Of a stretch of 64,000 nt of DNA, positions 52,305 to 64,000 are shown one piece after another. The DNA is taken from positions 10,664,001 through 10,728,000 of the forward strand of contig CP075495.1 in the NCBI GenBank assembly GCA_021613535.1. The letters are read 5' to 3'. The position numbers were made by a program, and so were the translations under genes. Position 1 is the first letter of the stretch, and the number at the start of each line of letters is the position of its first letter. The notes under the pieces are model-generated. The model ran no database searches. It had not been told where the DNA came from and was given only the letters and a program-made list of their open reading frames with translations. This DNA comes from Adineta vaga. Taxonomy: Eukaryota > Animalia > Rotifera.

Positions 52305-52910
52305 TTTTCTTATTGTTATCAGTTGAGATGAATAATTAATATTTAAGAAACAATAAACTTGAAGACAGATATTATACAAATCATTTAAATCCATGGTTAA
52401 AACTTAACATATCAATAGAAACAGATTTGAGTATTCTAATGATAGATGTGTAACAACGCAATTGTTAACAACTGTTTAATAACTTTGCGTAATATATCTT
52501 CTATTTACTTTGTAATGTACGTGTTGCTCTTGAACATATCAAACAGCTAATGACAATAACTGTATATCTTATGTAAGATTTGTTTACAAGTGTCTCGCAT
52601 AATCTTCTTTAATTTTAGCTGGATTTTATATGTTAAAATGATGTAATTATTCGATACGAAAACAATCTTTTCATGTCAATTAACTAAACGATGTATGACA
52701 ATTTGAAAATTAAATTTTTCTGCTACCGGAGATAAATCATATGGTCCGTTAACTAGTTCTTACTGGAAAATTAAGTTACCTTAGTAATCATACCGAAAAT
52801 GGTTGAATAAATATAAATTGTTTCTTTTTCATTATAGATTTTATTTTTTCAGTTGATCAATTAAAAAGACAAAGTCCACAGCGAAAAAAGAAAGAAAAAT
52901 GTTTTTTGAA

Positions 52911-53192
52911 TTATCCATTGACTTTGAGACATTTGCTTATTTTTGATGATCGATGTTGACAGAGATTTGGAAAACAACATGGAAGTCGACGAACACCACA
53001 TGGTTCGCATCGTGAAGATTGTCGACGAACACGTTCTATTACTTCCTCATGACTATCTTCATATCGATGATCATCTTCGACGTCACGACGTGTCAATTCA
53101 AAAGATTTTCTATTGATATTGTTCTTCTTTTCCGAATGAACAATCATAAACAGCGTCATAGCAATTACACAGATTAGCACAAAATATTTCAT
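52911..53192 (-). CDS. Secreted cysteine-rich prepropeptide (knottin/toxin-like), 93 aa, single coding exon
   Basis: Signal peptide MKYFVLICVIAMTLFMIVHS, then an acidic propeptide, an RVRR convertase site and a 36-aa cationic mature peptide with a C-C-CC-C-C framework. Confidence 0.82.
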   Translation of the reverse strand: MKYFVLICVIAMTLFMIVHSEKKNNINRKSFELTRRDVEDDHRYEDSHEEVIERVRRQSSRCEPCGVRRLPCCFPNLCQHRSSKISKCLKVNG

Positions 53193-54832
53193 AGTGATAG
53201 CTGGTACAAGGAAAAAGAATACAAATAATATGTACGCTTTAGTTCTAATGTACGTATATATATATATATACATGTAATACGAATCTACTGATAACTTCGT
53301 CCCATAAATTGGTATTATGTCAATAAAAAATATTTAATCTACGCATTGCCGTCGGATATTTTTAATAATAAATGCTGATCGAAGCAAAGAAATACTATTA
53401 AGAAAAAAAGACAGCTTTGGCTGTAAAAGAGCTTTTATTTGAAAAACAATTTCTTCTATCATTGCCTAGATCCATCATAAAATGTAACCTATAGATTTAA
53501 AGTCATGTGGTGAAAACAGTTGAATAATAGATTATAAAACTTAATAACTATGCTAACGTTGCGTGTTATGTGTATGTAAGCGATGGAGTTTTTCACTGTA
53601 CTACACGCACTCGTCGGCAAGGTTCTTTTATGATAAGAGTATGAACAGATCGCATATGTATTTAATATACAAATAAAATAGGATACTGCGGAATGTATTC
53701 TAATACGGCATTTCATCGAAAATAGATCGTTTTTCAACGGAGAGTAACAAATGAATAATATTACAAAACATACATTATTCTCTTTTTATATTTATTCAAT
53801 TCATAAGATGTACTTTTGACGTATACAATAATGCCCTGAAAGCACGCATAAATTGCTTGTTATAATAGCAAATGAATCATCTTCTTTCTGAAAGTTATAG
53901 ATAAACAGACGAATGCCCTAGAATTTCAAAGTTATGGGAAGAAAATGTTTTTTTTTACAATTAAATTTAATATTTTTATACGAATTTGTATCATAAATCA
54001 TTGGAAATAACAGTAGTTTTTTTGAAATTATTGTGTTGGCGAACAAAAGTTTATTTGTCCTTCAAGTATGGCATTTCTACTTGATATTGCTTCTTCTCAA
54101 TTTACTCTTTCAACGTCAATCAAAAAACATACTGCGCGCGTTTTTTGTCCTTTAGAAGTAAATGATGTTTGAATTAACAAGATACTTTAAAAGAGAAACT
54201 ATTCAAGTAAATATTGCATTCTCAAGTATCCCAATTTGAAATATTTCTTTTCTCATTTTCCATCGAATATATGAAAATCTTGTAATTCAAAAGAATAAAT
54301 ATTAATCGAAGATAGAATGCATAATTAACAAAATGAAACTTAACGAACAGAAGAATTAATATGAGTCTTTTGTACATTTGGAATGATTGATATTTTTCGA
54401 TTATCCAGCTTAAGATTTTCTTTGAAGTAAACAACTTCATGTCAATTATACACATGTCTGGATCATGCTTTTTCTTTCATAAAATGAAAATATTTTACTC
54501 ATAGACCTTGATTTGTCTGAGTGCATATACCATACTTCAATGTTTTTTCAAGAAGAAAAAGTTTTCTCTTCTATCATGGAAATGGAAATTTGTTTTTTTC
54601 TAATCAGATGAAATTTATTGCTATTTTTATTTTGTTTGTCTTCAGTCAATTGAAAAAGCCAAAAGAGACCACATACTGTTCTAACAAATATGATAAGAAA
54701 AAGGTTTTTTTTACTATGACGCACACACACACACACGAACAAAACAAGCTAGCCTATGTAAAAATAAAATAGAGAGATATATTGCTAAGCAATGAAATGT
54801 TTTGGTTATTTTCTTTCATTCGGTGTTCATAT

Positions 54833-57800
54833 TCAATTGAATCGATGCATGAAAATAGCTGATATGATGGGTAAGAGCCAAAGAGTAATTGTTGAAATTG
54901 AATATTTCGTTCTTGCATCTAGAAGATAAACGAAATTATTTTTATTGATTGGTTCGAAATTCAAAAGATAAATAGAGAGAGAGAGAAGAAGGAAGACTGA
55001 TGATTTTCTATTCCCCTGATCATGCATAACTGATATTCATACCACTAATAATCGATCCATTATCATTAAGATTAGTTGTTTTTTCACTGAATTTAATCAG
55101 TTCTTCTATGTTGATGATTGAGAAAGAAAGGCAATGTAAAAAGTCGATGATTTCTCTACTAACCTGATGTTTTAAATGGATATAAGATTTGATTGATAAT
55201 AGCCATTTGTTTACCATTTAATGAACTAAGTAAACTATTTGGAATAGTTTTGATTTGTTCAATATTTAAATTTTGTAATTGATCATTATTAAATGATTTA
55301 AAAACATCTTTTGGTAAACGTGAGAGAGCTTGTTGTGGAAAAAAATTCAATAAATCAGGCGATAATGAACCAAGATCTGCAGATTTTAGACCAGCTTTAG
55401 AAAAAGAATCAAATGAAACGGTTTATCAGCCTTGAAATATTTCGTACTTACCAGCAATGACACCCAACGAACCAAAAATATGTGGTCGAAGAATGTCATT
55501 TTGATAGATCGTTTTAACCAGATCAAACATGGTTGATGAATAATTAGCATTGGCTTCATTTGGACATTCGATATTAGCCAAAATAGATAAATAGGATCTA
55601 AAAGAAAGATATGTTTGTGGAAAGAGAAATCATTTAAATTTACTTGACTTCTTCAGGTGGAATACGACGAAGAAGTTGTTCATCAATAGCACATAAGATC
55701 TTGCCAGCATTTTCAAGAAGTGTAGGTGTTAAACGCTGTTCAAAACTAAGTGCTAATTGTGCTAAAGATTTGAGCTAGAAAAAAAGAATTCTTTATTAAA
55801 TTTATTTGCAAAGAAAAAGCACTTTTCTTTTACTTGAGCACTTGTCCAATTATCGAGATTACCAATGAACGAGAGAAAATATCCATCACGAAAATATTCC
55901 GTTCGTAATTGAAGTAACTCGTTTGGAGTAAAACCAGTTAAGATCGAATTTAATTCATATAATTCTGATTGACTAAAAGATTGAATATGTCGACCTTGAT
56001 TTTGTAATGCCTAATAAATAAATAATATGATCTGTTTTTGAAATATTTCATTTTCTTCAAACTAGAATATATTTTTGAGCAATTTGTTTTATTGTTTCCG
56101 CACTATAATCCTTTACTGCACCAAATACACCGATACATTGAATGAGAACATCATCAGCAATAGCTGAAATCTGTTCTGATGATAGAGCAGAGATAACCGA
56201 ACCCATTCGTCGTAATTCTTGACATGTTATATTATTTTGCTCTAAATTCAATTTTTCCTCCTAGATAAATTAGATTTATGAATGTTTTCTACTTTGATTT
56301 GCTTGACGACGATCACGATGAAGATGCGAAGATGAACGTTGATCAAGAAATGCATTAACTAATGTTTGTTTAATGCCATGAGTTGCTTTACTTAAAAATT
56401 CATCTGTATTAGGAATTTTACATGCTTCTTCACGATTTTGAAGTTTATCCATTGATTTCGATAGATAATTCGTTCGTTGTGCTATTACTCGCTAAAATAA
56501 CTTTGTAAAACTAGATATATGATTGAAAATGAACTTACTTTTGAAGCAGCTATATCCATCGGTAGATAAGCAGCTAATTCACCAATAAGATCAAGATACA
56601 ATGCTTTAAGTTCATCATCAACTTCGCTAAGCGCATCATTAAGTCGAGCACCAAGTGCTTGTGCTTCACCTTTAACTGGTTGAAAACAATTCGATTTGAA
56701 ATAATTAATCTTATTTATCAATGCATCAGTTGTGATTCGACGAATATCACTAGCACGTAAACTTGTCACAAGAAATAGTCCTAATTGAGACAATTTAAAT
56801 GTATCAATATCACCTGTTACTGAACCCTAAGGAAGACAAAAACACACACAAACCATACGAATAAGAGTAAGATAAGAACAATACGAAACATACATAATAT
56901 TTTAGAGCATAATCAGCTAAACGAAAACGATTTTCATTCACAAATGAACAACAAACTGGTTCACGAATAGAACCAATTGCATTCCAAAATCGATTCGCTT
57001 GATCTTTATCTAAACGATTAATAGCATCAAGTTCAGCATTCGTCATTGTTGTAAATAATTGTGGATTAAGATCGTCAACAAGATTATCTTCACGAAAAAG
57101 TCCTTTGATATAATCATCAGGTTTTTGTGCTGCTTCACTTGTTTGTAAACCACGACGTAATAAATTTCCAAAAGCATAACGCTAGAAAGATTCATTTGAT
57201 TAAATATCAAACAACACCTTTTCATTTACCGTATTCGATTGCATTTGATTATCAATATTTCGATTCTTTGCACTACCGAAAATTTGTTGAATAGCTTGAA
57301 GTGATTCTTCAGATTTGATTTTTTCCACATCAGTTTTAGTTAGACCATTAATAAAATTGGTTATAGATCCTAAACTACTGAGACTACCATCGAAAGGTTT
57401 TTCTGAACCTAAACGTTTTGTTATTGCTGCAGAAGCCTAAAATGAAAGATTATAAACATGAATATACATCTTCTCTTTTTTTAATTTTATTTAGATATCA
57501 TACTTGTGCAGGAGTAAAACGTATTAAACGAAGAACATCTGGTGTTAATTGAAGAATTCGCATTAATGTTTCTGATTTAATATATTTTTTTGCATGATCT
57601 GATGCTAATAATTGACGATATTTAGCTAAATTTGGTTCGGTTGCATACTTAGAAAAAGAAAAGAAATTCATCGAAATATTTCATTCTATAGATATGACTT
57701 ACTTGATCGATGAGAAGTCGAATTTTACTTGGTACAAGTTTTCGAATAAATGATGGAGATGTATTATTAAATAATGATGGTAAATCACCTCGACCTCGTG

Positions 57801-60800
57801 TTAAAATTTGTTTGAGAATCGCATTATCAAGTCCAGGAATAAGATTACCTAATTTTCCGAGCATATTTTTACCCCAAAGATTTTGTGTTGAACGAGGAAT
57901 TTTATTAATAATTGCTCGAGCCTAGAACATATCATAAACATGTTTGAAAAAAAAATCAAACAAATACGATTTACTTCATTAGGAGTTAAATCTTGTGAAC
58001 CAAGTTTTTCTAATGTTTTTTCATCTCGACCTAATTCAGCCATAAGGTCATCACTTAAATTATTGATTTCATTCGTGTCATAGATTGAACCCAATGCATC
58101 TAAGTAAATTGAAATAGACTTTGTTCTTTTTCTTTGAAATTACACTCACCTGAAACTTCTCGTAGTTTCTGAGCTGAAACATCACGTTCAAGGTCATATT
58201 CTTTTTTAACTTCATGTACAAGATTTTCACAACTCTTCATAAAAAGAAAACGTTTCATTCTATCATCTTTTTCTTCATCTTACTTCAGGACTTGGATGAC
58301 TTTTTAATAATTCTTTCAGATCATGACGATTACTGAACAAATTACTAAGATCACAACCACTATAACATTCTTGCCAACGTTGAACCAATCTAATAAAACG
58401 TTTCTCTTTTAAAACTATAGATTCTAAAATATCTTACTGAGGATGTGGTCGAAAATAACGATTACTTGTTCGTTTAGATTCAATCGTTCGATTAAGTAAT
58501 GCCAATGCTGTCGTACATGATTGATCATCTCGAATACTTGATTGTTCAAGTAAAGGAGCCTAATGAGGAAAAGTTTCATATAGAAAACTATCAAATCAAT
58601 TCATGTTGAATTTACAATACGATCTCCAATAGCATTGATAATTTGTCTTGTCGATAAACTTGGCATTGTTCGTGCAATCATATTTAATGTACTTGCATCG
58701 TCTGTTGTTAAACGTGATGGAACATTACTTTGTGCAATTTTTCCGGTTGTATCGGTGAGTGTTCGATAGATTTTACTTGAAATTGCATCACGTTGAACAG
58801 GACTAAGAAAATGAAGCCATGTTGCACTGAAGAAAAATAAATAAAAGAAAAATGAAGAAAATTTTATGAAGATTTACGAACATATTTCGAATAACATTAT
58901 TATCATTAAAAATTTCATCTTTGGAAAGAAAATCAATTGGCAGATGACGAAGAAAGGATGCACCTAATTTTTCAGTAATTAATTGTTGAAAATTACTTGA
59001 ATTCAATTTTGTTTTAATTCGATTGATATAATTTTGAACAAGAATTGTTTTCTGTTCATCACTAAAATCCTAATAAATAAATAAATAAAAGTGTGTCATA
59101 CTGAATTGTTTTCTTCTAATTTATAATGATTACTTGTCGATTGGAATTGTAATCAAGTACTTTTGAAACTGTTTCATCATCCGAATATGAAAGAAGATTA
59201 TTTAAATGTGTATCAGCTAGATTTCGTGCAGGAATTTGTAATAATTGTCGTGGTAAATCAATTAATTTTAAAATTGATTTCCATACTGATTCCTGTGAGA
59301 GAAATAGAATGTATCAATATTGTTTTAGTTCGTAAATAACCTGTTAGGAAGGAATTTATTTTGTTATCTTAGACAAATAATTGATCTTCTGATAATGATA
59401 CGAGAGAACATAAATCATTAGGGAAAAGTATTTTAACAGAAGGATTCTATCAAGAACGATCTCATCAAAGTAATATTAGACTTTGACATTCGAATAGATA
59501 GTTCTCGATATTTATTGCAATGCAAATCGATAGATAACATATCCCCAACGGCGTTCGACGTAGGCAGTATGGTTGTTATATTCTTCGAGAATATTCTCAT
59601 GAGCAGCAAATTTCAAAAGACATATTTTATATTTAACTATTCTTAAATATTGATCACCTCGAACTGCCAACATGTGTTCTCTCTTTTGCATTTCTCTACG
59701 TAACATAATTCTGTCACTATATCTTTCCATAGACGATTGATTTGACATTGCACAAAAGATGGGTGGAGATCATCAGTCATGGTCATTCTTCGAACATTGA
59801 CATCATCAATTGTATGAAGTAAAGTGTTAATCTATGCATCAGAGGTCAATATCGTCATCATCATCTTGACTAAGATAGATATATAATCTATCCTTGACAA
59901 GTCTCCGATTTATAAATCTTTCTTGACCTTCAAAATAACAAAACGAGAACAACTGATGATATCATCTAGCAGTTAAATAAAAGATTTGTTTGTTTTGATA
60001 ACGATTGTAATTTATAATTCTGTTAACAACATAAATACTATCATACTCATTCTTTCTTTTTATTTCCTTTAATCGTTTTCTTATATTATCATTGAAGATA
60101 CGTTCCAGTGAGAAGCTATTTAGATAAACATCTGTCCTCACAGGAAAAATTCTATACACGTACGAATCGTTTAGTCAAAAAAAAATAGAAGAAGCAAAAC
60201 TTGCCGTCATCACTTTCTGAATGAATAGTTACTATGATTGATAAGTTGTCTTCGTTCCTTTTTTTTATCTGACTCAAGAATAAGAAAATAAAGTGCAATG
60301 AACCAATTGAATCGAAAAAGTTAATCTCTAACTGCAAAAGTTAATCATGTGGAGTGAATGAAAGAAATCGATTATCGATAAAAACAAACAGATCGAACCT
60401 TCACATAGCGATAAATTGGTTGTAATGCAGGAAAGATATCTCGTGCAATATTTTCATTAAGTGGTGTTTCTCGTTGAATATTAGCTGGAAATAATCGAAT
60501 TGCTTCTTTAAATTTCGCAAAAACTCTACAAGGGAGAAAAAAAGAATGTAATTATTCGATTGATATGTATTTAGATGTCTATTAACGAACTTGTCGACAT
60601 TTTCATTTGAAGGTACTAAAATAAAAAGCAAAAAGAAGGAAGTCATTTTGAAGGTTTCGAATGTTATTTAGGGTTTAGAATGGTTTCTATTTGATTTCAC
60701 AACGAAGGATCGATCTAATCCTTTGTCTTCATTACTTACTATCAAAATCGAGAAATTTCGGTAAACTTTGTTCAAGTTGTGTTAAAATATTTTGATCTTG

Positions 60801-61071
60801 AGGAGTTTTAATTGCTTTTGAAAAAATATTTCGAAGGTTAATTTCATCGGAGTGACCTAGAGAATAGAAAAAAATGAACTTCGTTTCGTTTTTTTTTGCG
60901 TCATTGATCTGGTTCTTTTCTCGTATAATAAGATAAGTTATGTTGAAAGATAATTGATAAGGTCATGGTTAAAATATGAACCTGCTTGAACTTTAAAATA
61001 TACATATACTCACCCAATTGTGTTAATACCGTTAGAATGAAGATTGCAATCGATATTAACAAATATTTCAT
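54833..61071 (-). CDS. Otoancorin/stereocilin/mesothelin-family GPI-anchored superhelical protein, many short exons
   Basis: Signal peptide MKYLLISIAIFILTVLTQLG; helical repeats such as CQELRRMGSVISALSSEQI, FIGNLDNWTSAQL, AGKILCAID..L.RIPP and LGVIAAGL...DL..L; hydrophobic GPI-signal-like C-terminus (YSISTITLWLLPIISAIFM). Confidence 0.78.
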
Positions 61072-62079
61072 CGTTGTTTGGTGATATTCTATTGATACAA
61101 ATGTACTAATAGAAAAGAGAAAGAAAACGTAATAATAGATTCTATATAATAATGAACAAAAAGAAAAAAGAAAGAAACTTATTAATAGTCTCAACTGAAC
61201 TGAACTGTCTACACAAAATTATTATCGATTAAAAAGAGAACTAGAATTGGAAACACCCAACACGCACATACACAAAAAAGTTAATAGATTGTTGTTATTC
61301 TTTTTTTTTTCTACTACTTGTGGTTTATTCATTGACGACGATGAAGAGAGAGAGATAGAGAGAGAGGGAGAGAGAGGGAAAGAGCATAAGGCAAACATTA
61401 CGTCTCTCTAGTAAATGCGACTTCTTTTTTTCTTCTTCCTCTCATTATCGTTTTTTTTTGCATTCAAGATATATATATATATTCTGTACGTATTTCTATT
61501 AAAGAACAAGACATCGAAAAGAAGAAAAAAATGGTGACAAACGTTTACTTCTTAAGTAATAGACGTTTGAATAACGTAAATATCATGTGTCGGTGTAGAG
61601 ATCGTAGGCGTTTTTCGATCCTAATGGTTGATCTACTCACAGAACACTTAATTGAGAAAGAAATACGGTATTTATCATGTCATAAAAAAAACAAGCATAG
61701 TTAATACAAATCAAGTGATTTTGCTTTCTTTTCATACTTCTTTTGTTTATATGTCTACACGATCGTTTTTCTCTCTTCTTCTCGATATGAAGACTTTGTC
61801 TGTTAGGCATACACAAGTGACAATATGTTCATAAACTATCTTTAATTCATCACGTCGATACTTTCGATCCATATACTTTGCATTTATTTCTCTCCTTCGC
61901 TCGGTAATATACACACACACACTAATCAATCACAATCATTGTAAGGCAATTGAAGGTCAAAGAATTTATTTGTTTAAATAAAGTATTCAAAGTTTTTTAT
62001 TTGCTATTTTTAATCAATTAAATAATGAAAAGAAGAAGAAAAAACGCTTATAACAAAAGAAACGGGATTTTATTATTTA

Positions 62080-64000
62080 TTAAATAAGGTTATGGTTAAC
62101 ATTGCGATATTTTAATATATGTTGATAATTCCATTCGTCTATAACAAAAAGTAAAATAGTATCATATTAATTAGAATAGCAATCTTTTTACCATATGCTC
62201 GACAACTTCCCATATCATATTCATCACATGATACTTGTGCTTGACCCGATTTTCGTTCGGGTAGATCAGGTTCTGGTGGGCGTTTACCAAGTGAATAGAA
62301 ATTTTCATAATAATACCTATTCCAAACAGAAAAAAAAACAAGCTGATCGTATTTTAATAGGTCTTCTCAATAGAAAAATTTACCATCGCTGTAAAACAAA
62401 TTTTCCTTCTTCATCGCCAACGATATTAGCCGAATGAAGACTTGTCTCTTCACATTCACCTTTTTCATTCATATTATTCCAAACAATAACTCGACCTTCT
62501 TTTGGTTTTATTTTAATTTCCAATTCTTCAAAAAATAAAGACTTATAAATTTCAATTTTACAATAAAAACAAACATTTTTTACCAGGAAATTCTGTTTCA
62601 CCACCTTCCATAACTGTATTCAAATAAGCTAAAAATGTTGCATAACGATCTTGTTTTGAACCATTTACTGTACAATCATGATGTGCCTTATAACCTAGGA
62701 AAGAAAATTGTATGAACAGATATTTATGAATATTCTTACCAACACCTTTATCTGTTGATGTTATTTGAAATTTTCCACCATGACTTGATTGTAATCCAGT
62801 ACCATCTTCGATACGTTGTGATAACAATGTTGAAAATGGACTTTCACCAAGATAAAATGCAGTTGAATAAGACCATTTTAATCCCCATTCTTTCAACATT
62901 GATGAAAATGTTTCATTGATACATGTAGTACCTAAGTATAACGAGAAAATCATTGCAATACTGTGAGAGAAGGCCAGCATCTCACCTTTTGTAAAATCAT
63001 TAGGTGTTACATGAATATCTGTATCTGGTTTTAAATCTTTTAGATGTTTTCGTAAAGTTTGAATACTATTAAAACATATGATTGGATCAATTTCTTTCAT
63101 TTTTTTCACATGTTCTTTATGTACTTTAATTAAATTAATACATTCATCATGTGAAAGAAATTCTTCAAATAACCAATGTCTAAAAAGAGCGATAAACAAT
63201 GATTAAAAGTATTGATTAATTGCAATAATCTTAATGAGCAACGAGCAGCTTGTCTAAGACACTTTAGAAATAATCTTTACTTGACACTACTAGTGTGCTC
63301 TTTACCAGCACGAACAGCAATAGGTGGTACACGACGATGACCACCATTCGATTTTGGTATAGGTATCCATAATTTTTTCGTTTTTATCATGTCTGATAAT
63401 GTGAAGAAAGAATGAGAGAGAAAGAAAGATATTCAATGTTTCTTTATATGTTTAGAGAAAATCTTAGAACGGTAATGAACATACTTATTTTTGTTGATTT
63501 GAAATTTTTGACTGCATCTGGTATTTCTTTATTTCGACCAGTTACATCGATAATTTCTGGTTGTTGACTCGCTTTTTCTAATTTGACACGTTCGGATCCT
63601 TCTTCTGATTTTTCAGATTTCTTTTGAGTCTTTGGTTTCGATTCTTTCGGTTTTTCTGTTACTGGAGGTTTCACTGTTGTTGATTCAGGAACTTTTATAG
63701 TTAATGGTTCATCTTTTAAATAAATTGGTTCTTCATCAACAGTAGGATCATTTTTTACCGTTGTAGCTTTAACAGTCGTCGTTAGCGTAGTTTTTAGTTC
63801 TTCAATAATTATTTCTGGAACGGCTGTCGTTGTTGTTGGTAATGGAGATACTGTAGTCGTTTGTTCGATGGGAGCAACATATGGTGTTTGTTGATTAAAT
63901 AGTGGTGTAATTTGTACACCAATATTTGAATAAAACAAGAGAACTAATGGCTGTAATGAAACAGCAATAACTCCACCAGCGATAGCAACAAGTAATAAAG
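62080..64000 (-). CDS. Membrane-anchored prolyl 4-hydroxylase-like Fe(II)/2OG dioxygenase; 5' end outside window
   Basis: TM segment at the window edge, a T/P/E/K-rich stem, then LFEEFLSHDEC, YKAHHD (HxD), RYATFLAYLNTVMEGGETEFP, LHSA..V...GKFVLQRW (distal His, 2OG Lys) and a short Cys-containing tail. Confidence 0.85.

Overview
AT-rich eukaryotic (animal) genomic DNA. It is gene-dense, with many 50-70 nt GT-AG introns. This architecture, the CGT/CGA-rich codon usage and the mix of metazoan and 'foreign-looking' genes suggest a bdelloid rotifer (inference). Gene order: 3' end of an axonemal dynein heavy chain (+); frameshifted ATP-grasp-like gene (-); SLC35E3 (+); NOP56 (-); ARPC4, CYB561D-like and alternative oxidase packed head-to-tail (+); stand-alone laminin-G protein (-); C1orf87-like EF-hand gene with an RFX X-box (-); small orphan TM protein (+); PSMC3 (-); INTS1 (-); three tandem DxD-motif type II membrane glycosyltransferase-like paralogs (-); a decayed pseudogene; a long-inverted-repeat non-autonomous element; an intronless dual-specificity phosphatase (+); NRBP/Madm with several candidate alternative exons (-); a toxin-like cystine-knot prepropeptide (-); a GPI-anchored otoancorin/stereocilin/mesothelin-family gene (-); and a membrane-anchored prolyl 4-hydroxylase-like gene (-, 5' end outside the window). 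The best leads are the tandem uncharacterised GT-A-like cluster, the knottin-like secreted peptide, the operon-like spacing with unpaired 3' splice acceptors just upstream of start codons (possible SL trans-splicing), and the fungal-type AOX. All gene models were spliced by eye and family calls are from remembered motifs. No searches were run.
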